From contig CAVRNN010000006.1 of assembly GCA_963722595.1 (NCBI GenBank), positions 52,757-116,756 of the forward strand: a stretch of DNA of 64,000 nt. The letters run 5' to 3'. The notes below the pieces were generated by a model. The model was not told where the DNA came from, made no database searches, and saw only the letters and a program-made list of their open reading frames with translations. Shown here one piece after another: positions 9,763 to 19,111 of the stretch. Position 1 is the first letter of the stretch; every line of letters starts with the position of its first letter. The translations under genes were made by a program, and so were the position numbers. This DNA is from Vulcanimicrobiota bacterium. GTDB taxonomy: Bacteria > Vulcanimicrobiota > Vulcanimicrobiia > Vulcanimicrobiales > Vulcanimicrobiaceae.

Positions 9763-10595
9763 CGACGCTGCTGGCCATCAAGGAGAAGGTCGTCGGCCTG
9801 TACGTCGACGCGGCTCGGGAGCACGCGCGTTCTATCGCGAGCCGCGTCGCGTCGGACTTCCGCGCAAGCGGATTTGAGGTCGTCGATGGAACCACCGCGA
9901 CCGCGGCGTCACTCCTCATTACAGTCGGAGGCGACGGAACGCTGCTTCGCGCCGCCCGGCTCGCGGTGGAAGAAGACGTTCCGCTGCTCGGCATCAATAC
10001 GGGCCGACTCGGCTTTCTGACCGAGCTGGACGAAGACGATCCGCGACTATCGGACCTCCCGGCGCTCGTGGGCCGCGGCCTCTTCATGGATGAGCGCACC
10101 GCGCTGCAGGCCGAGTACGGCGATCGCCGGTTCTTCGCGCTGAATGACGTCGTCGTTCGCAAGGGAGAGGTCTCGCGGATCGTGCCGTTCGGGCTTCGCT
10201 TCGAGGCCGGCGCGACAACGCGCATCGCTGCCGACGGCATCTGCGTCGCGACGCCGACGGGGTCGACTGCATATTTCTTGTCCGCCGGCGGCTCGCTCAT
10301 TGCGCCGAGCGTCGAGGCCTTTGGCGTCGTTCCGCTCCTGCCGCACACGCTGTTCTCGCGGCCGCTAATCGTGCCCATCACGTCCCGCATCGAGATCACG
10401 TGCGACCTTGAGAGCGCGCAGGCGCACCTCGAATGCGACGGCGACGTGTTGAGCGAGGTCGCGCCGAGCACGAGCGTCGTGATCCGGTGTCACCCCAGGC
10501 GCATCCGCTTCGCGCGTACGACGCCCTTGCATTTTCTCGAAAGGCTCGAGGCAAAGATGCTCTGGGGCGTTTCGATCAAAGACCCGCGCCGGTAA
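9759..10595 (+). CDS. nadK: NAD(+) kinase
   Basis: 'GGDGTLLRAARL', 'GINTGRLGFLTE', 'ATPTGSTAY'. ATGA overlap with tlyA. Confidence 0.9.
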   Translation: MTTLLAIKEKVVGLYVDAAREHARSIASRVASDFRASGFEVVDGTTATAASLLITVGGDGTLLRAARLAVEEDVPLLGINTGRLGFLTELDEDDPRLSDLPALVGRGLFMDERTALQAEYGDRRFFALNDVVVRKGEVSRIVPFGLRFEAGATTRIAADGICVATPTGSTAYFLSAGGSLIAPSVEAFGVVPLLPHTLFSRPLIVPITSRIEITCDLESAQAHLECDGDVLSEVAPSTSVVIRCHPRRIRFARTTPLHFLERLEAKMLWGVSIKDPRR

Positions 10596-10604
10596 CGAGG
10601 ACTC

Positions 10605-12317
10605 GTGCTCGGGAGGCTGCAGATCGAAAACTACGGTCTGATCGCTCGCGCCGACGTCGAGTTCGCGGAGGGTGCGACGATCTTCACCGGCGAGACGGGT
10701 TCCGGCAAGACGATGCTGCTCGGCGCAATGGACTTCGCTCTCGGCGCGCGCGCCGGCGCCGACGCGGTTCGGCGCGGCGAGCGCAGGGCCATGGTCACGC
10801 TCACGTTCGATCCCGACGAATCGCTGCGCGCGCGGCTCGATGCCGACGGCTTCGCACTCGAAGCCGGTGAAGCAGGCAGCATCGCGCGCGAGATGACCGA
10901 GGCCGGGCGGTCCGGCGTGCGCGTCAACGGGCGCCCCGCGACGGCTGCGTACGTTCGCGAGATCGGCGGGGCCGTCGCAGAGATCGTGGGACAACACGAG
11001 GCGCAGCGGCTGCTCTCGCCGGCCTATCATCTCGAGCTGCTCGACCGTTTCGCCGGCGCGGCGGCGCTGAAAGCGCGCGAAGCGGTCGCCGGTTCTCACG
11101 CCGCGCTCGAGGCGGCGACCGAAGCGCTCGCCGTCATCACGCAGGACGAGCGTCGCGCGCGTGAGCGCTACGAAGATGCGTGTTTTACAGCGCGCGAGAT
11201 CGAAGAGACGCGGTTGCAGCTCGGCGAGGAGGAACATCTCGACGAACGCAGACGCTACCTCGATAACGTCGAACGGATCGCGACGGCGCTGCAGGCGGCG
11301 CGCGAGGCGCTGACGAGCGACGCCGGCGGCGCGCTCGAGGCCTTGGGAGCGGCAGGGGCAGCGCTGGGCGGCGTGGAGCGCTATGATGCGAAGCTGCGCG
11401 AACTGGCACAGCGCGGCGCTGCGATGCAGGCCGAGGCCGGCGATCTGGCGACCGAGCTCGCCCGCGCGCTCGACTCCACCGAGTTCGATCCGGCGGAGCT
11501 CGAGGCGATCAACGGGCGCCTCGCGCTGCTCGATCGGCTCAAACGCAAGCACGGCTGCAGCGTCGGCGAGCTCGTCGAGCTCGCGCTGCGGCAGCGGCAA
11601 ACCATCGACGAGTACGAAAACCGCGATCGCTCGATCGCGGAACATCGGGCGGCGGCGGTCGCGGCACAACGAGAACTCGAGGCTGCCGCTGCGACGCTCA
11701 CCGCACTGCGCAAGAAGGCGGCCACGACGTTGCGGAAACGAGTGCTTGCGGAATTCGCCGACATCGCGCTCGGATCGGGCTCGTTCGACGTCGCCTTCGA
11801 ACCGCTCGATCGCGCCGGCGCGCTAGGAGCGGAGCGCGTCGAGTTTCTCTTTGCGGCCAACGCCGGGGAGCCGGTTCGTCCGCTGGCGCGCATCGCGTCC
11901 GGCGGCGAGCTCTCGCGCGTCCTGCTCGCGCTCGTCGTCGTGTTATCGGGCGCGCGAGACGGGCGCGGCGCGCTCGTATTCGACGAGATCGACACGGCGA
12001 TCGGCGGTGCTACCGCGAGCGCCGTCGGAGCGCGAATCGGCGAGCTCGCCCAGCGCGAGCAGGTCGTTTGCGTGACGCACCTCGCGCAGCTCGCTACCTG
12101 GGCCGACCGCCACTACGTGCTCGACAAGACCGAGCGCGGCACCGTGACCACTATCGGCGTGCGCGAGCTAAGCAGTGCGGAGGAGCGCGAGGCGGAAATC
12201 GCGCGGATGCTCTCCGGAGAGACGCACGACGTGGCTCTGCGCCACGCCCGAACGTTGCTGCAATCTCCGCTTAGGGAGTCCGCTCGAACCTCGTCCCGGC
12301 GGCCAAAGCGGCAGTAA
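10605..12317 (+). CDS. recN: DNA repair protein RecN
   Basis: 570 aa, GTG start. 'LQIENYGLIA', Walker A 'GETGSGKT', coiled-coil middle, 'SGGELSRVLLAL', 'LVFDEID'. Confidence 0.92.
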   Translation: MLGRLQIENYGLIARADVEFAEGATIFTGETGSGKTMLLGAMDFALGARAGADAVRRGERRAMVTLTFDPDESLRARLDADGFALEAGEAGSIAREMTEAGRSGVRVNGRPATAAYVREIGGAVAEIVGQHEAQRLLSPAYHLELLDRFAGAAALKAREAVAGSHAALEAATEALAVITQDERRARERYEDACFTAREIEETRLQLGEEEHLDERRRYLDNVERIATALQAAREALTSDAGGALEALGAAGAALGGVERYDAKLRELAQRGAAMQAEAGDLATELARALDSTEFDPAELEAINGRLALLDRLKRKHGCSVGELVELALRQRQTIDEYENRDRSIAEHRAAAVAAQRELEAAAATLTALRKKAATTLRKRVLAEFADIALGSGSFDVAFEPLDRAGALGAERVEFLFAANAGEPVRPLARIASGGELSRVLLALVVVLSGARDGRGALVFDEIDTAIGGATASAVGARIGELAQREQVVCVTHLAQLATWADRHYVLDKTERGTVTTIGVRELSSAEEREAEIARMLSGETHDVALRHARTLLQSPLRESARTSSRRPKRQ

Positions 12318-13740
12318 CGCGTCCGGCCGCTCCGCGCACGAACTGCACCGACGCGCCGTTGAGCGTAAAGAATTGCCAGGGCGCCTCGGCATAGAGCCGA
12401 AACTCGAAAGCTTCGGGCGGGCTTCGCAGGAAGAGCGCCGGCGCGCTGTCGCGCCGGCCGATCGTCACCTCGAGCGTGATCCTTTCTCCCTCGACGGTCG
12501 CAGCGTACTTCCCGGCGACGGCACTCATCGTTGCGCGGGTCAGTGGAATCGCGGTCTTCGCCTGCGGCGCTAAAATCGGCCAGTCGTACGCTCTCGCCAC
12601 CGAATGCACGATCTCGTTGGCGAGCAGAAGGCCGTTGTCGGAATTGGTCATCACGACAACGCCCTTGCCGCCCTCCTTCAATCCGATGAAGACTCCTTGG
12701 AACCCCTCGTTCGCGCCGTTGTGCGAGAAGTAGCCCGGCATCACCCCGGGTCCCAATCCGAACCCGTCTGACGCTCGAGTCGTCATCTCGCGCGCTACAT
12801 TCGCGTCGATGGGCGGCTTCCCACGCCCGCCCAGCGCGTTCTGGATGGCGATCACGAACGCGGCCAGATCCGAAGGCGTCGTCCACAGTCCGGCCGCGGC
12901 CATCGTCGGGTAGACGTGCCAGCCGCGATGCACCGGCTTGCCGTTAGCGTAGTAGCCGCTTGCAGCACGAGACCACAGCGCTTGCGGAAGCGGCTGATCG
13001 AACGTGCTGTTCGTCATGCCCAACGGTGAGAGCAGCGTTTGCCGCATGAAGTCCGTGAAGGGCTCGCCACTGACGTCGACCGCGAGCTGCTGCGCGATGG
13101 TGGTGCCGCCGCCGGAGTAGACCGTCGCGCTGCCGGGTACCATCGTCACGCGGATCGCTTCGTTGTTCGCCGGAGGCGTGCCGTCGAGTACTTGCACGAG
13201 CGTCGGCAGCACGGCGTCGCGATCGTAGCCCGCGAATCCGTGCACGTTGACGCCGGCTGTATGGCTCAACAGCCGGCGCATCGTTACGCGTTCGGAAGAG
13301 TTGCGCGGCGGCGGAGGGACGTGCCACGAACGCAGCATCGTATTGACGTCCGCGTCCAAGTCGAGGTGCTTCGCCTCGAACAGCGCGAGAATCGCGGCGG
13401 CTCCGACGGGTTTGCTCATGGAGGCCGCCTGAAACAGCGTCGCCGTCGACGCCGCGGCGTTCGACGCCTCATCGCGGACGCCGACGGCGTAAGCCCACGC
13501 GACTCGATAGTCGTCGATCACCGCAATGCTCACCGCCGGAACGCGATAGTACCGCATGCGCTCGGCCAAAGAATATCGCGCACTCGGCACCCCAGCGATA
13601 TAGTACTTGCTCTCGAGCCCACCGATGATTTGCGCCGTCGGTGCTCCACTCTGCGCGACCGCGTCGCTCGAAACTGCGAACGCCGACGCGATCAGGCCAA
13701 AGCCGACGAGCCAGAGCGCCGGTTCGTTTGGCGTCCTCAC
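12271..13740 (-). CDS. serine hydrolase of the beta-lactamase/DD-peptidase (class C-like) family, secreted
   Basis: Signal-like N-terminus 'ALWLVGFGLIASAFAV', S-x-x-K motif 'ASMSKP', 'YSGGG'. GTG start at 13740 overlaps the pyk stop (GTGA). The ORF track extends to 13917, inside pyk. Confidence 0.8.
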   Translation of the reverse strand: MRTPNEPALWLVGFGLIASAFAVSSDAVAQSGAPTAQIIGGLESKYYIAGVPSARYSLAERMRYYRVPAVSIAVIDDYRVAWAYAVGVRDEASNAAASTATLFQAASMSKPVGAAAILALFEAKHLDLDADVNTMLRSWHVPPPPRNSSERVTMRRLLSHTAGVNVHGFAGYDRDAVLPTLVQVLDGTPPANNEAIRVTMVPGSATVYSGGGTTIAQQLAVDVSGEPFTDFMRQTLLSPLGMTNSTFDQPLPQALWSRAASGYYANGKPVHRGWHVYPTMAAAGLWTTPSDLAAFVIAIQNALGGRGKPPIDANVAREMTTRASDGFGLGPGVMPGYFSHNGANEGFQGVFIGLKEGGKGVVVMTNSDNGLLLANEIVHSVARAYDWPILAPQAKTAIPLTRATMSAVAGKYAATVEGERITLEVTIGRRDSAPALFLRSPPEAFEFRLYAEAPWQFFTLNGASVQFVRGAAGRVTAALAAGTRFERTP

Positions 13741-15170
13741 GGAATCTGGTGGATCTTCAGCACGTTCGTGCCTCCCGAGCCGACGGGCATCCCGGTCGTG
13801 AACGCGATGAGATCTCCGGACCGCACGAACCCCTCGTGCACCATCTGGCGCTCGGTCAAGTAGAGCAGGACGTCGATCGAGGCGTACGTGTCGATCAGCA
13901 GCGCCTCGGTGCCCCACAGCAGCGCGAGCCGCCGCGCAACCCGACGATCCGGCGTCAGCGCGATGATTCGAGCCTGGGGCCGAAAGGCCGCGATGTGGTG
14001 CGCGGTGTTTCCGGTCGTTGTTCCGGTGACGATGTAGGGAGTGTTCAGCTCAGCGCTGGCACGCGTCGCGGCCTCCGCGAGCGACGACGCGATCGTAGGC
14101 TCGAAGTTTTCCAAGCGGCGATCGCGCAGCAAAGCGTGCGGGTAGTGCTGCTCTACGTGGCGCGCGATTTCGGCCATCGTTCGCACCGCCTCCGTCGGAT
14201 ACGCGCCGAGCGCCGTCTCTCCCGAGAGCATCACGGCATCGGTCCCATCGAGGATCGCGTTAGCGACATCGGTCGCCTCCGCTCGCGTCGGGCGCGGCGA
14301 CCCAATCATTGACTCGAGCATCTGCGTCGCGGTCACGACGGGCTTGCTCGCGCGGTTACACTTGGCGATGATCTCTTTCTGCACGATGGGCACCGTCTCG
14401 ATCGGAATCTCGATCCCCAAGTCGCCGCGCGCGACCATGATTCCGTCTGCCGCGGCGATGATCTCGTCGAGTCTCACCAGCGCCTCGTGCTTTTCGATCT
14501 TAGCGATGACGGGGACGCGCTGATTGCGCTCGGCGATGAAGGCCTTGACGCGCTCGACGTCCTCGGCCGAGCGGACGAACGATACTGCGACGTAGTCGAC
14601 GCCGCGTTCCAGCCCAAACTCCAGGAATTCGAGGTCGCGTTTGGTGACCGATGTGATGTTCAGAGAACCGTCGGGGTAGTTGATGCCTTGGACGGGCCGC
14701 AGATCGCCGCCGAACTCCACGGTCGTCTCGATTTCGTTGGCGCTCTTTCCGACGATGAGCAGCGTGATTTGGCCGTCCTGCAGGTAGAGGTGCTTGCCGA
14801 TGGCCACGTCCGCCGGCAAATCGCGATACGTCGTGCTGACGCGCTCTGAGCTGCCCTCCACCGGTTCCGACGTGATGACAAAACGGGCTCCGCGTTCCAG
14901 CCGCACCGCCCGCGCGCCGTCCGCGAGCGGACCGGTGCGCACTTTCGGACCGGGAAGATCTTGCAAGAGCGCGGTGTGAACGCCGAGTTCATTGGCGATT
15001 GCGCGCGCGCTCTCGATCACTCGTCCGTGCTCCTCCGGCGTCCCATGCGAGAAGTTGAGGCGCAGCACGTTGGCGCCCGATATGAAGAGTGAGCGTAGGA
15101 CGGCCGGGTCGCGCGAGGCAGGCCCCACCGTCGCGACGATCTTGGTACGCTTTTGCAAAACCGATTCCAT
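13737..15170 (-). CDS. pyk: pyruvate kinase
   Basis: 'RTKIVATVGPAS', 'NFSHG', 'VIAKIEKHEAL', 'MVARGDLGIEIP', 'TQMLESM'. ATG at 15170 gives the canonical N-terminus. Confidence 0.93.
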   Translation of the reverse strand: MESVLQKRTKIVATVGPASRDPAVLRSLFISGANVLRLNFSHGTPEEHGRVIESARAIANELGVHTALLQDLPGPKVRTGPLADGARAVRLERGARFVITSEPVEGSSERVSTTYRDLPADVAIGKHLYLQDGQITLLIVGKSANEIETTVEFGGDLRPVQGINYPDGSLNITSVTKRDLEFLEFGLERGVDYVAVSFVRSAEDVERVKAFIAERNQRVPVIAKIEKHEALVRLDEIIAAADGIMVARGDLGIEIPIETVPIVQKEIIAKCNRASKPVVTATQMLESMIGSPRPTRAEATDVANAILDGTDAVMLSGETALGAYPTEAVRTMAEIARHVEQHYPHALLRDRRLENFEPTIASSLAEAATRASAELNTPYIVTGTTTGNTAHHIAAFRPQARIIALTPDRRVARRLALLWGTEALLIDTYASIDVLLYLTERQMVHEGFVRSGDLIAFTTGMPVGSGGTNVLKIHQIP

Positions 15171-15240
15171 GAGGGGCCTTGGGTTGTGCAGCTGGACCGG
15201 CAGGCTCCTGCGCCCGATTAAGCGCACTTAACCCCTCGCC

Positions 15241-16656
15241 GTGACGTTCGAGCGCGATCCGCGGGACCGGCGCTATCCGGAGCGACTCGCGGGGAGCTTC
15301 CTAGCCTCGCTGATTATTCACGCGCTCCTTGCCGCGTTGCTCTTCACGGTGCTCGTGAGCTCGTCGCAGCAGGGTGCAACCGAAAGCGTGCAGGGCGGCG
15401 AAGTGATCACGATTGCGCGCACGTCGCCGATCGCCGTCGCGAATCAGCCGGCGGCCGTTCATGCGGTTGCGCCCGTTCCGCGCGTACGCGTGGTGGCGCC
15501 GCTGCAGCACGCGCCGCTTTCGCAGCTGCAATCGCAGCGCCTGCCCGTCAATCGGCACGAGCTGGCGAAGAGCGCGCCGACGGCGCCGCCGAACCCGCGC
15601 CCGATCCCGCAGCAGACGCCTCAGCCCAATCCCCAGCCGACGCAAAACATTTTCGAAACGCAGCCGCGAAACGAGCTGCCCGCGGCTCCGGTGACCGTGC
15701 CCACCGTCGCACCAGTCGCGGTCGCGCTCAAGCCGCCACCGACCGCCGCACCGTCTCCGGTACCGACCAGCGCTCCGTCCGCCCGGCCTTCCCCGAGGGC
15801 TGCGCCATTGGTTCGCGCGACGCCCCGGCCGGCGACACCGGCGCCGGCGCTGCCGCAAGCCTCGCCGACAGCGGCAGCGATCGCCCGCGCAAGCCCCGCG
15901 CCAAGCGCCGCGCCGGCGATTCGCGCGTCGGCGTTGCCGGCGCAGCATGCGGGCGTGCCGAGCCCGAGCCCAACGAGCACCGCGGCCGCCGCGCGAACGA
16001 CGGGAACGGCACCGAGCCCCGGCCCGAGCGGCGGCGCCTCGCCCGGGCCAAAGACCGGCGCCGGTGCAAAGCCTCAGGCCGCGCCCGAGCGTCCGATTGC
16101 GGTGCCGCCGACGCCGCGGCCGGGACCGCGCGCCTCCGCTGCGCCCAAGCCGCGCGGCAGCCCTCCCAACATCAACGCCAAACTGCGCTCACTGCTGCCG
16201 AACAATCCCGTGCATCCGTCCAGCAGGAGCTACACGCCGACGTACTCGCTGGCGGGCCGGCTCGAACCGACGCCGCCGCCCGAAGTACTCGCGAAGACGA
16301 AGTATATCTACGAGGTGAAGAACACTGGGAACGAGGCGCGCGTGAAGATGTGGGTCATCGCCGCGCGCAAGGACGGCCCGACGACGATCTGCACGGGCTG
16401 GCTCGTACGTTATCCACAGGCGGTCCGCGGCGGCTACACCGGTCCCGCGGCTTCGGACTCGTCGATCGTCCACAGTGACGTGCACGGCGGCCCCGCGAAC
16501 GGTACGCAGATCTCGATTGGCGGAGGTACGACCAACCATGCGCCGCTGAGCCCCTTCGCCGCCGGTCTGGCGCCGATCGTCGATGGGATGGTGTCGCAGC
16601 CGTGCGATGGCCGATTGCTGGTGCCGTTCGCACCGTCGCCCGTTTCGTCGCCGTGA
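15241..16656 (+). CDS. membrane-anchored Pro/Ala-rich protein with an unassigned C-terminal domain
   Basis: GTG start and one N-terminal TM helix ('FLASLIIHALLAALLFTVLV'). About 300 aa of P/A-rich low complexity precede a ~140 aa Cys-containing C-terminal domain. No family recognised. Confidence 0.6.
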   Translation: MTFERDPRDRRYPERLAGSFLASLIIHALLAALLFTVLVSSSQQGATESVQGGEVITIARTSPIAVANQPAAVHAVAPVPRVRVVAPLQHAPLSQLQSQRLPVNRHELAKSAPTAPPNPRPIPQQTPQPNPQPTQNIFETQPRNELPAAPVTVPTVAPVAVALKPPPTAAPSPVPTSAPSARPSPRAAPLVRATPRPATPAPALPQASPTAAAIARASPAPSAAPAIRASALPAQHAGVPSPSPTSTAAAARTTGTAPSPGPSGGASPGPKTGAGAKPQAAPERPIAVPPTPRPGPRASAAPKPRGSPPNINAKLRSLLPNNPVHPSSRSYTPTYSLAGRLEPTPPPEVLAKTKYIYEVKNTGNEARVKMWVIAARKDGPTTICTGWLVRYPQAVRGGYTGPAASDSSIVHSDVHGGPANGTQISIGGGTTNHAPLSPFAAGLAPIVDGMVSQPCDGRLLVPFAPSPVSSP

Positions 16657-16673
16657 GCGCAACCGTTTCCCGC

Positions 16674-16702
16674 TTGAATTTCGACGTTAGTCGCATTACA
16701 AT
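16674..16702 (+). promoter_or_regulatory. sigma70-type promoter candidate for the rimP-nusA-infB operon
   Basis: TTGAAT (16674-16679), 17 nt spacer, TACAAT (16697-16702), in an AT-richer patch ~310 nt upstream of the rimP ATG. Confidence 0.6.
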
Positions 16703-17010
16703 TTTGTCGTGCTGGAAAGCCGGCACACTTCGTCAGTTACGAAGGAGGGCGGTTGGAACCGCAAAATCCGCCGGGCCATCGAGCCCGCGATGCACGCGCC
16801 GAATAACGGGCGCCATATGCGCGCCCACGGCAGCCGGACGATTTTCCGGCGGCGCGCCGATCGCAAGATAGGAGAACAGAGCGAGGGGTCGCGCCCACCG
16901 TAGGGTTGCGGCCCGTCGCACTTTTCGGTATGCTTAAGTGGGTTTATGAGGAGCGTGGGTGTCGTCCCGCGCTTCGCTGCTTCTAAGAGGCTAGGAACAA
17001 ACTCACAATC

Positions 17011-17547
17011 ATGAGCAAGGGTACGCCGAGCATCGCCGCGACGTTCGAGCAACAGCTCGACGCGATCGTGCACGACCGGAAGTTCGACGGTCTCGAGATC
17101 GTCCAGCATCACGCGCGCCCCGTTCGCGGAGCGCTCCAGTTGAGCGTGACGATCGACCGTCCGGGCGGCGTCGATTTAGCGCTATGCGAGCGCGTTGCCG
17201 CGTATCTCAACGCGAGCCTCGAGCCGCAAGACGCGGCATATACGCTCGAGATCGAGTCGGCGGGCCTCGATCGCCCGCTGCTTCGCGAAGCCGATTACGA
17301 TCGCTTCGCGGGTCAGCGCGCGCGCATAGTGACGTCGCTCACGATCAACGGTGCCAAGACGCATCGCGGCGTGCTGCGCGGTCTGCGCGGCGACGCGGTC
17401 GTCGTGGAGAGCGAGGGCGGCGAGCTCCCGCTGCCGCTCGCGGCGATCAAGTCGGCTCGATTGGAATTCGACCCGCGTCAGGACTTCAAGCGCGATAAGC
17501 TACAACGGAAACAATTGCATGGCAACAGCAGAAAACACGGCAACTGA
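17011..17547 (+). CDS. rimP: ribosome maturation factor RimP
   Basis: 178 aa; 'LQLSVTIDRPGGVDLALCERV', 'YTLEIESAGLDRPL'. Located directly upstream of nusA. Confidence 0.85.
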   Translation: MSKGTPSIAATFEQQLDAIVHDRKFDGLEIVQHHARPVRGALQLSVTIDRPGGVDLALCERVAAYLNASLEPQDAAYTLEIESAGLDRPLLREADYDRFAGQRARIVTSLTINGAKTHRGVLRGLRGDAVVVESEGGELPLPLAAIKSARLEFDPRQDFKRDKLQRKQLHGNSRKHGN

Positions 17548-18733
17548 CGACAAATTGATCGACGTCCTGCAATCCATCGCGAAAGAGCGAAACATATCTT
17601 TCGAGATGTTGCTGGAGGCGCTCGAAGCGGCGCTACTCACCGCCTACAAGCGCCATTTCGGGACCGAGTCGAACGCCATCGTCATCGTGGATCGGCAGAG
17701 CGGCGCCTACCGCGTCTTCCACCGCCGCATCGTGGTGGACGATGTGCAGGACCCGAAGCTTGAGATCTCGGTAAAGGCGGCGGGCGCGCCGTACCAGGCC
17801 GGCGACTTTTACGACGAAGAGGTGACGCCGAAAGACTTTGGCAGGATCGCCGCGCAGACGGCCAAGCAGGTTATCGTTCAACGGATTCGGGAGGCGGAGC
17901 GCGACACAGTCTACAACAAGTACGTGCGCAAGCTCAACGACCTCGTTACCGGAACGGTGCAGCGTTACGAGCAGCGTAACATGTATATCACCCTCGAAGG
18001 GCGCGACGAGGCCGTCATGTACTTGGACGAGCAAGTCCCCGGCGAGGCCTACCGCATCAACGATTTCATTCGAGCATACGTGCTCGACGTCAAAAAGTCA
18101 CCGAAGGGTCCGCAAGTTATTCTATCGCGCGCGGCCGAGGGTCTAGTGCAGCGCCTGCTCGAGCTCGAGGTGCCCGAGATCGCGGACGGAACCGTCGAGA
18201 TCATGGCGATCGCGCGCGACCCCGGCAGCCGCTCCAAGGTCGCGGTGCGCAGCAATCGCGCCGAGGTCGATCCGATCGGGGCCTGCCTCGGCCCCAAGTC
18301 GAGCCGCATCGCGAACGTGACCGACAACCTGCGCGGCGAGAAGGTCGACATCATTCGTTACGATCCGACGCCGGCGACGTTCATCATGAACGGGCTTGCA
18401 CCGGCGAAGGTCGTCGGCGTCGAGCTCTTCGACGACGACGGCGTCGCGCTGGTCGTCGTTCCCGATTACCAGCTCTCGCTCGCAATTGGGCGTGACGGCC
18501 AAAACGTTCGCCTCGCCGCGCGGCTCACAGGCTGGCGTCTGGACATCGCAAGCGAGAGCGAATCGGCGCAAGCGCGCGAGCGCTATCTCGCCGAACGGGC
18601 GGAGCGCACGTCCACCGAGGCGGCGGCCTCGGAACCCGCGGAGGCGGCGGCAGAAGGCGAGGAGATAGATGCAGAGCTCATCCGGAAGCTCGAGGAATTT
18701 CGCCGCGAGCGCCTGGGTAAGGACGGCGAGTAG
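17519..18733 (+). CDS. nusA: transcription termination/antitermination factor NusA
   Basis: 'LIDVLQSIAKERNISFEMLLEALEAALLTAYK', then S1 and KH regions ('DPIGACLGPKSSRI', 'SLAIGRDGQNVRLAARLTGW'). ATG 17519 lies inside the 17351 ORF. Confidence 0.92.
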   Translation: MATAENTATDDKLIDVLQSIAKERNISFEMLLEALEAALLTAYKRHFGTESNAIVIVDRQSGAYRVFHRRIVVDDVQDPKLEISVKAAGAPYQAGDFYDEEVTPKDFGRIAAQTAKQVIVQRIREAERDTVYNKYVRKLNDLVTGTVQRYEQRNMYITLEGRDEAVMYLDEQVPGEAYRINDFIRAYVLDVKKSPKGPQVILSRAAEGLVQRLLELEVPEIADGTVEIMAIARDPGSRSKVAVRSNRAEVDPIGACLGPKSSRIANVTDNLRGEKVDIIRYDPTPATFIMNGLAPAKVVGVELFDDDGVALVVVPDYQLSLAIGRDGQNVRLAARLTGWRLDIASESESAQARERYLAERAERTSTEAAASEPAEAAAEGEEIDAELIRKLEEFRRERLGKDGE

Positions 18734-18986
18734 TCCGGTTCGCAGCTGCGTCGGCTGTCGGCGGCGCTTTGCGCAAGATGTTCTCACGCGGTTCGTGCGC
18801 ACCCCGACCGGGTGGAGCGCCGATCCACGAGCGGCGCGCCGCAGACAGGCGGGGCGCGGGGCGTACCTCTGTTCGCGGGAGTGCGCGGAGCGCGCGCGCA
18901 AAAACAAGCGGTACCCGGGGCTTGGCGCGGCCGCGGCCGAATATGGTTTAATAATTACAGAGCCGATGCAAGAAATGAACTCATGA
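18669..18986 (+). CDS. ylxR: YlxR/DUF448-family RNA-binding protein
   Basis: 'RSCVGCRRRFAQDVLTRFVR...GRGAYLC' is the YlxR signature, and the gene sits between nusA and infB. Start and true C-terminus are uncertain. Confidence 0.65.
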   Translation: MQSSSGSSRNFAASAWVRTASSPVRSCVGCRRRFAQDVLTRFVRTPTGWSADPRAARRRQAGRGAYLCSRECAERARKNKRYPGLGAAAAEYGLIITEPMQEMNS

Positions 18987-19111
18987 AGTCTCGCGACGAC
19001 CGTCCCCTCCGATGAGGGCGACCCTTTGATTACCTAGCGGAGCCAAGCCGTCGGTTGGGGCTCCGCGCACCAACTGATGGGACTCGGGCGCCAACGCGCT
19101 CGAGAGAAAAT

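Noticed and set aside
10365-11669. 434 aa ORF antisense to recN
   Set aside because: The same shadow-ORF pattern (R/A/E/L-rich, no motifs). The recN reading on the plus strand is unambiguous.
15301-16662. Several 110-215 aa ORFs in other frames and on the other strand within the Pro/Ala-rich gene
   Set aside because: The low-complexity GC-rich repeat region is open in many frames. Only the frame with the N-terminal TM helix and a proper start was kept.
16709-16903. 64 aa very basic ORF starting (GTG) right at the predicted transcription start of the rimP leader
   Set aside because: It could be a leaderless small protein, but it has no RBS, a GTG start that would be unusual for a leaderless mRNA, Arg-rich composition and no recognisable family. 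Treated as part of the non-coding leader.
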